A stretch of 37,197 nucleotides of DNA, taken from a virus. Lineage: Duplodnaviria > Caudoviricetes. How positions within the stretch are numbered: the stretch's first letter is position 1; each line of letters starts with the position of its first letter. The position numbers and the translations under genes were made by a program. Shown here one piece after another: positions 1 through 9,213 of this stretch. The stretch is taken from positions 1-37,197 of the IMG/VR virus record IMGVR_UViG_3300012041_000707; one strand, written 5' to 3'. A model generated the notes under the pieces. It was not told where the DNA came from, did no database searches, and worked only from the letters and a program-made list of their open reading frames with translations.

Positions 1-348
1 GGCGACGGCCCCGGTGATGTTGAACGGCCCGGCCAGGGTGCCCGTGAAGCCTGCGGCTGCGAACTGGCCGACCTTCACCCCCATGACGGCCAGCGACAGG
101 ACGCCAGCGCTCTCCCGGTACATGCCCGTGCCGGTCTCGGCCGAGAACGCCCAGGCAGGCTGCAGCACGGTGCCGTCGGTCAGCCTGAAGGGTGCGATCA
201 TCCCGCCACGGCCCTGGCGGTCGAGCGAGTCGGTGATGCCCTGGGCGAGGTCCTCGGTGGTCGTGTTGCCCCAGGCCGCCTGGATCACCGTGTTGGCGAC
301 AACCGGCGGCAGGGGCAGGGTGTAGGTGCCGGATACGTTGCGGGGCAT
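1..348 (-). CDS. Tail fibre/tailspike protein, N-terminal part (runs off the window)
   Basis: Not in the ORF track. ATG at 348 reads MPRNVSGTYTLPLPPVVANTVIQAAWGNTTTEDLAQGITDSLDRQGRGGM..., open to base 1. An MPRNxSGTYxLP start is typical of podovirus tail-fibre anchor domains, and the gene follows the ejection genes. Confidence 0.7.
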   Translation of the reverse strand, partial: MPRNVSGTYTLPLPPVVANTVIQAAWGNTTTEDLAQGITDSLDRQGRGGMIAPFRLTDGTVLQPAWAFSAETGTGMYRESAGVLSLAVMGVKVGQFAAAGFTGTLAGPFNITGAVA

Positions 349-360
349 AGGAGGCTTTCG

Positions 361-600
361 ATGGATGCGTTCTGGGGCGGGGTGCTGCGGCCGTTCGTTG
401 TCGTTTTGCTACTGGTAGTTGCGCGCTCGATTGTCTTACTGGCCCGACATGCCAAGCAACGCTGGCGCAGCGCCGCCGATCCCCATCCCCACCATCCCGG
501 GCTGCGAGACCTGACCGACCTGGGACCGAAGCAGCCGCTGCTGCTCCAGCGCCATGACGAACGCCCGAAGCTTGGCAGGGTCCTGAAGAAGCTCCGCTAG
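361..600 (+). CDS. Possible small antisense membrane protein (79 aa)
   Basis: Perfect SD AGGAGG at 349-354, 6 nt before ATG 361. N-terminal hydrophobic stretch FVVVLLLVVARSIVLLA followed by basic residues. The 3' part overlaps the 652-aa gene antisense. Confidence 0.45.
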   Translation: MDAFWGGVLRPFVVVLLLVVARSIVLLARHAKQRWRSAADPHPHHPGLRDLTDLGPKQPLLLQRHDERPKLGRVLKKLR

Positions 601-2394
601 CTGGCGCTGCATCTTCTGGTCGATGTTGCGCTTGCTCTCGCCCGCCACGAGGCGGCCGACGCCCAGGCCGGTCGGCATCACCGCCTCAAGCAGCGCGGCC
701 TGGGCGACGTTGCTGGCGGTGTCCGAGCCGCTGCCGCCCGTGCTGGCGGCCTTCGAGCGGGCGATGATGTCCGAGGCTTCAAGGTCCTTCCGCACGCCCT
801 GAAGGACATCCTCCGAGCCGGTGTTCAGGAGGTTCTTGCCCTTGTTGACGCCACGGGACGAGGAGCCCGCCTGCTTGATGGCCTGGGCCAGGGCGTGATG
901 CTTCACCCCCGGTGCGCCGCCAAGGCCGGTCGTCGGCTTTAAAGGCGTGCCGGTGGCGGGGTCGATGAACTTGGCGCGGATGTTGATGTCGGCCTTGGCC
1001 GACTCGGCCTTCGTCATCCACGTCGAGTACTCCTCCTTCCAGGCGTTGAACTTGCCCTTGCTCGCCTTGTCGAGGACCTCGTCCATCGCCTTGGTCAGGC
1101 TGATGACGAACGGCTCCGAGGAGACCGCCCGGGTCCCGGCGCTGCCGACCCCGGGCGCACCAGCCAAGCCCCCGGCTACAGTGCGGCGCACCGTGTGCAG
1201 AAGCTCGGGGGTGACCTCGCCCGCGTCCTTCATCGCCTGCTCGACGTAGTCGACGGCCGACCGCACCGCAGGGTTGCCCTTGTACTGCGGGGTCAGCTTG
1301 GCGGTCTGGAGCTTGCCGTAGAAGTCGTCCATCGCCTTGAAGAACGGGGTCTTCTGGATCTTGCGGTAGATGTCGCCCACGTCGGCCCCGACGGCGTTGG
1401 CCTTCGCCAGGAAGGCGTCGAGGTCGCCCTGCTTCATCAGCCCCTGGTCGAGGGTCTCCCAGCGGGCGTTGGCGGCCGCCTCATCGAAGTCCTGCCAGTG
1501 CGACCCGCCGGTCGTCCGCGAGCCCCGCTCCAGGGCCGCAAGCTCGGGGCTCTGGGTGGCGGCGGCGGCGCTCGGGCCGGGGCCGCCGATGTGCGGGTGG
1601 GGGGTGTACTTGTCGGCAGGCACGCCACCGGGAAGCTCGCGGCCGATGATGCCTGCGGCTTTCTTCTCGGCCTGCCGCTCGGCGGCCCGGCCTGCCATGC
1701 CGCCCAGCCCCGGGGTCGACTCGGGCACCGCAGCCATCGCACGCTGGGCAACGTTGCCCGCGCCCCGGCCTGCGGCCATCGCACCCTTGAGGACGTAGGG
1801 GGCGGCCTTGACGGCACCGGCACCGCCGCCAGCGCCCAGGGCCATGTTCAGCAGCCGCGACTCGTCGGAGGTGGTGGGCATCATCGCCCCCGCCGTCGCG
1901 CCGCCACCGGCCGCAGACAGGGCCGGGCTGGCCGCCAGGGCACGCACCAGGGCCGGGCCGCGAGCGGCCGCAGCGCCGGCACCGAGCCCGAGGGGGATCG
2001 CGGGGGCGAATTCGCCAGCTACCTGCAGCACCCCACCGCCCGTGGTCTTGTCCGCGAGGTGGGCATCCCTGGCCCGCTTCTCCAGAAGCTCCTCGTCGCT
2101 GGGGCCGCCACCGAATAGCTGGCTGACCCCCTGGACGGCAGAGTCCATGCCTGCCCCGACGTTGGTCAGCGCCTTCTCGCCCCAGGTCATGCCCGAGGTC
2201 GGGTCGTACAGTTCCCGGTCGGCGGTGCGCTGGCGCTCCCGGTCGGCCTCGGTGACGGCTGCGGACCCAGGCATCCGGCCGCTGCCGCCCAGGCTCTTCT
2301 GCAGCACCTCGAAGGCTTCGGCGGCGGTCGAGCCCTGGGGGCCGGTCACCCGGTGCTTCTTGCCAGCCGGGTCGGTGAAGACGAAGGTCGGCAT
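436..2394 (-). CDS. Internal virion/DNA ejection protein (652 aa)
   Basis: Large Ala/Gly-rich protein, last of the cluster after the nozzle and GNAT genes. Same syntenic position as P22 gp16-like ejection proteins. Confidence 0.65.
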   Translation of the reverse strand: MPTFVFTDPAGKKHRVTGPQGSTAAEAFEVLQKSLGGSGRMPGSAAVTEADRERQRTADRELYDPTSGMTWGEKALTNVGAGMDSAVQGVSQLFGGGPSDEELLEKRARDAHLADKTTGGGVLQVAGEFAPAIPLGLGAGAAAARGPALVRALAASPALSAAGGGATAGAMMPTTSDESRLLNMALGAGGGAGAVKAAPYVLKGAMAAGRGAGNVAQRAMAAVPESTPGLGGMAGRAAERQAEKKAAGIIGRELPGGVPADKYTPHPHIGGPGPSAAAATQSPELAALERGSRTTGGSHWQDFDEAAANARWETLDQGLMKQGDLDAFLAKANAVGADVGDIYRKIQKTPFFKAMDDFYGKLQTAKLTPQYKGNPAVRSAVDYVEQAMKDAGEVTPELLHTVRRTVAGGLAGAPGVGSAGTRAVSSEPFVISLTKAMDEVLDKASKGKFNAWKEEYSTWMTKAESAKADINIRAKFIDPATGTPLKPTTGLGGAPGVKHHALAQAIKQAGSSSRGVNKGKNLLNTGSEDVLQGVRKDLEASDIIARSKAASTGGSGSDTASNVAQAALLEAVMPTGLGVGRLVAGESKRNIDQKMQRQLAELLQDPAKLRAFVMALEQQRLLRSQVGQVSQPGMVGMGIGGAAPALLGMSGQ

Positions 2395-2395
2395 G

Positions 2396-3859
2396 TCAGG
2401 GCTCCGTTGTCACGCCCCAGCCCGGGGGCAGGGCAGCACCGCCGCCCTGGCCCTGGCCGTCGACCGCCCAGCCCTTCGGGGGCTTGTAGCCTGGGGGTGC
2501 CCAGTAGCCCGACTTGTAGTTGTTGGCGATGCGGCGCATCTCCTTCGCGGCCGCCTGCCGGGTGGCGATGGGCAGGCTCTCGTTGCCGAGGTTGCCTGCG
2601 GCCTCCTTGTACATGGCGGTGTCCTTGTCGGACTGCGGCCCCTCCATGCGCGGCACGGCCATCGTCAGCGCAGCGGCGGTCGTCTTTAAAGCAGCACCCG
2701 CCTGGGCACCCGCAGTGCCGTGGCCGAAGAAGGCCGCGCCCGCGTCGACCAGGGCACCCGCACCCGAGCCGGTGGCGCTCTTCAGAAGCTCGTCGGCCCG
2801 GTCGAGGTAGTTGAGGGTCGTCTGCGGATCGATGGCGGGGCCGGTCTTGCCAGCAGCCCCAGGCTTGTTGGGTGCGAGGTCCCGGCGCAGTTCGCGGTTG
2901 GCCTCGCCCTGGGCAGCGGCGGCGGCGCGGTTGGCCGCGTTCTGCTGCGCCTGGAACGTCTGCATCCGCTCCTGCTGCTCCTTGGCGAATTCGTTCTTCT
3001 CCTGCTGCAGCCGCGCCCGCTCCTGGGCACCGTGCGCCCTGGCGATGGCGGTGTCGTAGGACCGGATCTGCATCTCGGTCTTGCGGATCATCAGGTCGGT
3101 GGCGTAGTCGGGGTCCTCGATGAAGCCTTCGGCTGTAAGCTGGCCCCCGCGCATCTTCATCGGCTCGCGTGCGGCGGCCGACTGCTTGAGGAAGTGCGCC
3201 TGCATCGGGGCGAACCCCTCGCCCGCCTGCTGCGCGGCCAGGGCCAGCATCAGTTGCCGGTTGGCACCCCCGCTGCGCTTCTCGTAGGCGTCCTCCATCG
3301 CCGCCTTGTCGACCGGCTTGTAGGCGTTCGCGGCCTGGGTCTCGGCCGCGTCCCGCAGCGCCTGCAGCTTGTCAATCTCGGCCTGGAGCTTGTCCTCGTT
3401 GCTCGGCGGCGGGGGCGGCTGGACCGGGGGCTGCATCGGGGCCGGGCCGCTCGATGCCCCGCCAGGGCCGCCAGGAGCCCCAGGAGCAGGCCGAGGAGCC
3501 GTCGCCAAGGGCAGAGCCCTGGGCGGCGCTCCAGGCGCTCCTTGAGGCTCTGGCGGCCCCCAGGAGCCACTGACGCCACCCGGTGCCTGGGGCGGCGGCC
3601 CCCAGGAGCCACCGGCCCCACCCATCTGGGGCGAGGGCGGGGGCGGTCCCTGCCCACGGTCGGGCGCACCAGCCGCCTGGGCAGGACCCTGGGCGGCCAT
3701 CGGCGGGAGGTCGGGCGGCGGGATCGGCTGGGCCGGGGGCTGCATCATCGGCATCCCGCCGGGCATCGTCGGCTGGCCGCGCAGCGCACCCGGCATCGCT
3801 CCAGGCGGCGGCTTCGGCTGGAGGTCGCCGAGGATCACATCGATGATGTCCTCGTACAT
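2396..3859 (-). CDS. Internal virion/DNA ejection protein (487 aa)
   Basis: Pro/Gly-rich N-terminus, coiled-coil middle, C-terminal GPQSDKD motif. Lies in the ejection cluster. Confidence 0.6.
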   Translation of the reverse strand: MYEDIIDVILGDLQPKPPPGAMPGALRGQPTMPGGMPMMQPPAQPIPPPDLPPMAAQGPAQAAGAPDRGQGPPPPSPQMGGAGGSWGPPPQAPGGVSGSWGPPEPQGAPGAPPRALPLATAPRPAPGAPGGPGGASSGPAPMQPPVQPPPPPSNEDKLQAEIDKLQALRDAAETQAANAYKPVDKAAMEDAYEKRSGGANRQLMLALAAQQAGEGFAPMQAHFLKQSAAAREPMKMRGGQLTAEGFIEDPDYATDLMIRKTEMQIRSYDTAIARAHGAQERARLQQEKNEFAKEQQERMQTFQAQQNAANRAAAAAQGEANRELRRDLAPNKPGAAGKTGPAIDPQTTLNYLDRADELLKSATGSGAGALVDAGAAFFGHGTAGAQAGAALKTTAAALTMAVPRMEGPQSDKDTAMYKEAAGNLGNESLPIATRQAAAKEMRRIANNYKSGYWAPPGYKPPKGWAVDGQGQGGGAALPPGWGVTTEP

Positions 3860-3865
3860 GGCGTG

Positions 3866-4297
3866 CTACTCGTAGCTGGGCATCAGGGGCAAGTCCTGCC
3901 CGGGCAACTGGCCCGGCACGAGGCTCTGGCCGTCGGGGCCGATCAGCCCGGCCTTCTGCGCCTTCCTCACCCGGGCGATGTCGGTCATGTTCGTGTTCAG
4001 GTCGGCAAGCTGGGACCGCGACTGGCCCAGGATGGCGTCCTGCTGCTCATCGAGCCCGCGCTGCTTGTAGGCACCGCCCAGGGCTCCACCGACGGCCGCC
4101 AGGGCCGAGAGCGGGTGGGCCGCCTTGACCGTCCTGGCACCGCCGCCCTGGATCATCCCGGGAAGCTCGGTCGACTGGCGTAGCTGGTTGAGGATCGCCT
4201 GCTTCTTGGCGAGCCCCTGGTTGGCTTGGTTCGCCCCGCCCTGCTGCATCAGGTAGCGCATCAGGAGGTCGTCGCTGGTGGGCATTGCATCGGCCAT
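3866..4297 (-). CDS. Small virion/ejection-associated protein (143 aa)
   Basis: SD-like AGGGGA upstream, hydrophobic Gly/Ala segment (LSALAAVGGALGGA), located between ejection genes. Confidence 0.55.
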   Translation of the reverse strand: MADAMPTSDDLLMRYLMQQGGANQANQGLAKKQAILNQLRQSTELPGMIQGGGARTVKAAHPLSALAAVGGALGGAYKQRGLDEQQDAILGQSRSQLADLNTNMTDIARVRKAQKAGLIGPDGQSLVPGQLPGQDLPLMPSYE

Positions 4298-4307
4298 CTC
4301 GTTCCCC

Positions 4308-5441
4308 TTACATGAACATCGCGGCCATGCCGGCAGCGCCGGTGATGCCAGACATCATCGACTGCTGCTGCTGCTGGGCCGCGTTGTAGGCGTCCATGCC
4401 CGCCGAGTACTGGTTCTTCGCCGCGCCCGAGTAGTCGGCCCCGCCGCTCGACTGGCTGGCCTGGAAGCCGGGCATCGTCGGCATGTTGACCTGGGCTCCA
4501 GTGAGCAGGGCATTCATCTCGTTGAGCGGCATCAGCCGCTGCTGCTGCTGCTCGGCGATCTGCTGCTGCCGGAGCTTGTTCTGGTACTCTGAAGCCTGCA
4601 TCTGCTGCCCGAAGTTCTGGGCATTCGCACCGGTCATCATTCCCCAGTTCTGCTGGTTCTGCGCCATGCGCTGCTGCTGCGCCTGCTGCTGGGCTTGGTT
4701 GCCGAACTGCGCCTGCCCCATGTTCTGGGCGTACTGCTGCTGCTGGCCCTGGAGGGACATGCCGTAGTTGCGCTGCTGCTCGGCCCCGGCCGTCTGGAAG
4801 GCGTCGAATGCCTGCCGCGACTGCTGGTCCTGCAGCCCTTGCATCTCCCGCTTCCAGGCTTCGCTGCCCCGGGTCAGCCCCATGTTCTGCAGCTTGCCTT
4901 CGAGCCCGGCCTGGGCGCGCTCGTTCTCCGGGCGCATCCGGTTCATCAGGGTCTCTTCGTACCGCTGCCGCCCCAGGTCGCCGCCGGCCTGCTCGACCGG
5001 GCCGCCCGAGTCGAAGCCCGACATGATGCCCCGGCCCGCGCCACGGGTCTGCATCCCCATCGGGTCCAAGCCCTGGGCTTGCACCGGCCCGCCCATCGCC
5101 TGGAGGTTCTGCCAGTCGAAGGGGCTGGCGAGCGCCTCGCCTGCCCGGCCGATCTGCGCCTGGGCAAGCTGGCTCTTGCCCATGTCGACCGCCTGCTGCG
5201 AGTCGAGGGCGGCCTGGAGCGCAGGATCGAGAGTGGTGTTCTGCGTCCACTTCGTCATCTGCTTGCCGGTGGCCGGGTCGACCTCCATCGCAGAGGTCCA
5301 CGCCTGCTTGCCCCAGGGCGTGACCTGATCCGGCCGGTTCGTCCAGTCGGCCCGCGTCTGCGCTTCCTGACTTGAAGCCGCAGTCTGCTCTGCGGCCTTG
5401 GTGTAGTCAGGTGGTTTCGGCGGCTTTGACTTCTTGCCCAT
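4308..5441 (-). CDS. DNA transfer/pilot ejection protein (Gln-rich)
   Basis: Probable start ATG 5441 (MGKKSKPPKPPDY..., then NRPDQVTPWG), overlapping the GNAT stop as TGATG. Gln-rich with a hydrophobic C-terminal tail; directly follows GNAT as in P22 gp7-like positions. Confidence 0.65.
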   Translation of the reverse strand: MGKKSKPPKPPDYTKAAEQTAASSQEAQTRADWTNRPDQVTPWGKQAWTSAMEVDPATGKQMTKWTQNTTLDPALQAALDSQQAVDMGKSQLAQAQIGRAGEALASPFDWQNLQAMGGPVQAQGLDPMGMQTRGAGRGIMSGFDSGGPVEQAGGDLGRQRYEETLMNRMRPENERAQAGLEGKLQNMGLTRGSEAWKREMQGLQDQQSRQAFDAFQTAGAEQQRNYGMSLQGQQQQYAQNMGQAQFGNQAQQQAQQQRMAQNQQNWGMMTGANAQNFGQQMQASEYQNKLRQQQIAEQQQQRLMPLNEMNALLTGAQVNMPTMPGFQASQSSGGADYSGAAKNQYSAGMDAYNAAQQQQQSMMSGITGAAGMAAMFM

Positions 5442-5860
5442 CAGTGAGTCCTCCGTGGCGCGAGCCACTTGCATTCCTCGCGGCGCATCCGCATGAGGAA
5501 CAACGAGCCGTCGGGGTGCGCCCCGTCAAGCTCGCACACGAGACTGAAGCCCAGGCGGCGGTCGATGTCGAGGGCGACGATATTGTCGCTGGGGACGAAG
5601 GCCAGGACCTGATTGCAGCCCATGACGTTGAACGGATAGTCGAAGGCCGCCAGCAGCATCGCCTTGTCGATCCAGCCCGGCTCGCCTGCCATGTGCATGG
5701 TGCAGGACGCCCCGTTGAAGGAGTCGTAGCCGACCACGCCGCGCAGGCGGTTGTCGATGTTGGAGACCGAGCCCAGGCAGACGAGGTGCCCCGTCGGCGT
5801 CAGGCCGATCTTGCTGCAGAGCCAGTAGGCGAGGTCGTTCTGACCGTAGTGCGTGACCAT
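5441..5860 (-). CDS. GNAT-family (RimJ/RimL-like) acetyltransferase-fold protein
   Basis: AAFDYPFNVMGC...V..DN..AL....RLGF pattern is the GNAT C-terminal motif; commonly found after the nozzle gene in podoviruses. Confidence 0.7.
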   Translation of the reverse strand: MVTHYGQNDLAYWLCSKIGLTPTGHLVCLGSVSNIDNRLRGVVGYDSFNGASCTMHMAGEPGWIDKAMLLAAFDYPFNVMGCNQVLAFVPSDNIVALDIDRRLGFSLVCELDGAHPDGSLFLMRMRREECKWLAPRRTH

Positions 5861-5862
5861 CT

Positions 5863-7497
5863 TTAAAGCACCCCTCCCTGCTCGACCAGCGCCTGCCAGC
5901 CGATGAAGATGGTATCGGCCGACGCACGCACCCGCAGCGCCAGGGAGCCGTAGCGGCCCGCGCCCGTGGCACCGACCCAGGCTTCATAGGACTGGCCCTC
6001 GCCCGACCAGACCGCCACGTCCCAGAGCCCCACGTCCCAGGCGCTGGAGCCCGCCCCGAGGTAGGCCGGGGCCAGGGACGGGGCGTTGATGTTCCACTCC
6101 GAGTTGAGCCCGGCCTGGACGCCTGGGGGCGTGTCGGAGATGAAGCTCGGCCGCACCATCAGGAACCGCTTGACCCGGATCGCCTCGCCCAGCGGCTGGA
6201 AGGCAGTCACGCAGATGCCCTGGAGGTCGTTGCCCGGCGTACCGTCCACCGAGCCGTCGCTGCCGCCCACCAGCACCTGCCACACGTTGCCGACGAGGTC
6301 GCCCGAGTAGCCCCGGCCGTCGAAGGTGTCGACCGTCAGCATCGGGATGCCGCGCAGCGTGGCGAACGCCTTGGTGTTCACCTCGAAGACCCACTGCAGG
6401 TTCTCGGTCGTGACCTCGGCCCGGTTGATCACCAGAAGCTGGTCGTTGGGCAGGAAGCGGACCTCCCAGTACCGGGTCGTGAGCGAGGCGGCAATCTCGG
6501 CCGCCAGGGCCGAGTTGATGGCGCTGGCGGTCTGCGGATTGGCGAAGAAGCCCTGGCCGCGCATAAGCTCGGACATGAAGACCATGCCCCGCTCCGACAG
6601 GATGATCACGTCCTGCTGGTAGTTGGAGAAGAACCTGTAGCCCACGGGTACACGCCCGATGAACCAGCGGCCGTTCACCGTCCACGTCGCTGCCGTCGAG
6701 GGGTCGGTGCCCGAGTAGACCAGCACATCGCCCTGGCTCGCCACGATGACGAACTGGACGTTCACGCCCACGCCCGAGGAGCCGTCGAAGGTCCAGTTGA
6801 TCAGCGCCTGGAGCGTGCCGCCGTTGGGCAGCATCGAGCCGAAGTCGAAGGCGGTGGCGGTCCCGGCGTAGACCCCGAACCCGAGGTACCAGCCACGGGT
6901 CGTGCCGTTCTCGATGAACCAGAGCCGGTTCTGGTAGACCGTGACGAAGCTGAACAGGTCGGGGTCGATGCCCGCGATCTGGTTGGGGCCAGCGCCCAGG
7001 GTGATCTGGGTGAAGACCGCGCCGTCGTAAATCCAGTAGCCAGCCCCAGGGCACACCATCAGCATGACGTGGACGCCAGCGTTGGTGGTGTAGTTGAGCG
7101 AGGTCCATTCGCCGACCGGGGCACCCGCGACCACGGTCAGCACAGGCACCGGGACCACGCCCGAGGCGCTGGCCGTGGTCACGTTGTAAATCTTGCCCGA
7201 CGAGGTCGCAGCCAGAAGCTGGTTGGCTCCGCTCGGCGGCAGGTAGCGCATGAGCGAGCGCACCTCGCCGTCGAGGTTGGAGACCCAGCGCAGATAGCCC
7301 CGGCGCATCTGGTTGCCCAGCACCCGAGGGATCAGGTTCTCCAGGCGCAGGGCCGTGGTCGGGTCGCCCCCAGGCAGCGGCTGCGACACGTCGATGCCGC
7401 GCATCGGTGCCTGGAACGGGAACGCCGAATGGTTCTGCGTGGCGCTCGACCGACGAGGGATCGTGCCCCGGGGGTGACGGTAGGGGACGAGACTCAT
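5863..7497 (-). CDS. Tail nozzle/packaged-DNA stabilisation protein (P22 gp10 / T7 gp12-like position)
   Basis: 544 aa, beta-rich (YQNRLWF, GDVLVYSGTDP), C-terminal WDxxxWD motif; synteny downstream of the adaptor. Confidence 0.7.
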   Translation of the reverse strand: MSLVPYRHPRGTIPRRSSATQNHSAFPFQAPMRGIDVSQPLPGGDPTTALRLENLIPRVLGNQMRRGYLRWVSNLDGEVRSLMRYLPPSGANQLLAATSSGKIYNVTTASASGVVPVPVLTVVAGAPVGEWTSLNYTTNAGVHVMLMVCPGAGYWIYDGAVFTQITLGAGPNQIAGIDPDLFSFVTVYQNRLWFIENGTTRGWYLGFGVYAGTATAFDFGSMLPNGGTLQALINWTFDGSSGVGVNVQFVIVASQGDVLVYSGTDPSTAATWTVNGRWFIGRVPVGYRFFSNYQQDVIILSERGMVFMSELMRGQGFFANPQTASAINSALAAEIAASLTTRYWEVRFLPNDQLLVINRAEVTTENLQWVFEVNTKAFATLRGIPMLTVDTFDGRGYSGDLVGNVWQVLVGGSDGSVDGTPGNDLQGICVTAFQPLGEAIRVKRFLMVRPSFISDTPPGVQAGLNSEWNINAPSLAPAYLGAGSSAWDVGLWDVAVWSGEGQSYEAWVGATGAGRYGSLALRVRASADTIFIGWQALVEQGGVL

Positions 7498-7721
7498 GAG
7501 TAGTACGGCTGCTGCTGGGTGCGGGATTGAGCCGCCGTCTGCGCCTGGGCTTCGCAGTCCTCCAGGGCACCGGAGGAGCAGACGTAGCCCCCGGCTGCAT
7601 CGGTGCAGATGTAGGTCTGGCGAACGAACCCCGGCCCGGCCAGCGGCCCCGGGAAATTGGGGTCGGGAACGGCCTCGACGGTCGGAGTGATGACCCAGCC
7701 AGGGGGCAGCGTCGTTGCCAT
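7494..7721 (-). CDS. Hypothetical protein (75 aa)
   Basis: ATGA overlap with the nozzle gene start; fills the gap in the operon. Confidence 0.6.
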   Translation of the reverse strand: MATTLPPGWVITPTVEAVPDPNFPGPLAGPGFVRQTYICTDAAGGYVCSSGALEDCEAQAQTAAQSRTQQQPYYS

Positions 7722-7736
7722 TTCGTCGTCCGTAAC

Positions 7737-8405
7737 TCAGCGCCCGCGCAGGCCGCGAATCGTCGCCCTCTGCTTTAAAGGCGAGGGCCGGGCTTGCTGC
7801 CGGGCCATCGGCTGCGGCGCGGGCAGCGCCAGCTTGCCGGCCTGCGCTCCCAGCTTGCCGGCCATCTGCTGCGGCCCCGCACCCATGCCCGGCGGCATCG
7901 TGCCAGGGGCGGCCATGCCACCCGGCCGTGGCCCCATCGCCGCCCCCATCGCAGAGCCCATCTTCTGCTGGTCCATCGCCGACATCTGCGGCGCGGGTCC
8001 CGCTGGCGGCATCACGGCGGCCTGCATCGGCTGCGCCTGCCCCATTGCAGCCTGGGACTGCATCGGCATCGCCTGCCCCATCATCGCAGTCTGGGCCGGC
8101 GCTCCCGGCCCCATGCCCGGCGGCATCGTGCCTGGGGCCGCCATGCCCCCTGCCTGCGGCCCGCCCGGGGGCCGCGCACCCATCATCGCCTCCTGGGACT
8201 GCATCGCCTGCCCCATCGGAGCCTCGGGGCCGCCAGCGAACCCCATGCCCTGGACGTTCATGCCACCGCCGGGCGGCGGCGGTTGCCGCGACTTCCCGGC
8301 CATGCCTTGACCGCCGCCTGCTGCCCCGAGCGCAGCGCCGGGCGCTGGCCCTCCCGGGGCCGCCCCAGCCGATCCGAACCCCGGCTGATTCAAATTCTTC
8401 GCCAT
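7737..8405 (-). CDS. Low-complexity Met/Gly/Pro/Ala/Gln-rich protein (222 aa)
   Basis: Fills the gap in the operon with consistent codon bias; internal repeat GGMAAPGTMPPGMG occurs twice. Confidence 0.6.
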   Translation of the reverse strand: MAKNLNQPGFGSAGAAPGGPAPGAALGAAGGGQGMAGKSRQPPPPGGGMNVQGMGFAGGPEAPMGQAMQSQEAMMGARPPGGPQAGGMAAPGTMPPGMGPGAPAQTAMMGQAMPMQSQAAMGQAQPMQAAVMPPAGPAPQMSAMDQQKMGSAMGAAMGPRPGGMAAPGTMPPGMGAGPQQMAGKLGAQAGKLALPAPQPMARQQARPSPLKQRATIRGLRGR

Positions 8406-8416
8406 GCTTTAAACCC

Positions 8417-9199
8417 TCAGTTCTGCCGCATCCCGTAGAGGGAGGCTTCTGGCAAGTTGCCGATACCGATGTACGGGTAGTCGTGGCGACCCCCGGCCAT
8501 GTTCAGGATGTTGGCCCCCTTCTGCGCTCCGATGCGCGAGTCGAAGGCCAGGAGGAAGTCACGCACCGCTGCGCTGGAGTCGAAGCCCCGGGCTTCGAGC
8601 CACTTGACCCGGGTCATCAGCACCATCAGGATGCCGTCGAGCATGAACGTGTCGCCCGCCTTGCTGGCGACGTTCTTGTAGAGGGTGGGGTCGTCTGCGT
8701 CCTGCACCAGCGCCTGGGACAAGTACATGAACCGGAACTGCTGGCCTGGGGCCGGGGGCGGGTTCAGGAAGTAGATCTGGTTCTGCCTGATCTGCCACGT
8801 CAGCGTGAAGTTGGCGCTGATGGGGAAGACCATGTAGGTCATCCAGCCCTGGGGAGCCACCGGCCCCACGGCAGGGAAGCGCATCGCCCCATTCCACTGG
8901 GTCTGGTCGATGAAGCGGTAGAAGTCGCCCGGGAGGTCGAAGCCCACCTCGGTCGCCTCGCCCGGGCTCGGCGGGATCGCGGTCTCGACCGTGATCGAGT
9001 CCATCTTGGTCAGTTGCGACCACTCGTAGGCGTTGAGCATCTCCAGGCTGGAGAGGTTCGCGGCCGTCCGCATCATGATCAGGTTGGGGTCGGTGGAGCC
9101 CACCGGGTCGGTGGGCACCGCCAAGTTGAGCATCGCGCAAACCTGCTGCAGCAACGTCTGGAACGTTGCGAAGTTGGTCATCGAGTAGGTCGTTGCCAC
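8417..9199 (-). CDS. Head-tail adaptor / tail tubular protein A-like (260 aa)
   Basis: GTG start with GGGGAG SD; 'LNAYEWSQL...FDLPGDFYR' pattern seen in podovirus adaptors; synteny. Confidence 0.65.
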   Translation of the reverse strand: MATTYSMTNFATFQTLLQQVCAMLNLAVPTDPVGSTDPNLIMMRTAANLSSLEMLNAYEWSQLTKMDSITVETAIPPSPGEATEVGFDLPGDFYRFIDQTQWNGAMRFPAVGPVAPQGWMTYMVFPISANFTLTWQIRQNQIYFLNPPPAPGQQFRFMYLSQALVQDADDPTLYKNVASKAGDTFMLDGILMVLMTRVKWLEARGFDSSAAVRDFLLAFDSRIGAQKGANILNMAGGRHDYPYIGIGNLPEASLYGMRQN

Positions 9200-9213
9200 G
9201 ATGCTCCCCCGGG

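Noticed and set aside
5441-5860. GNAT gene as a novel toxin or accessory system
   Set aside because: A GNAT-fold gene between the nozzle and first ejection gene is a common podovirus feature, so it is ordinary here.
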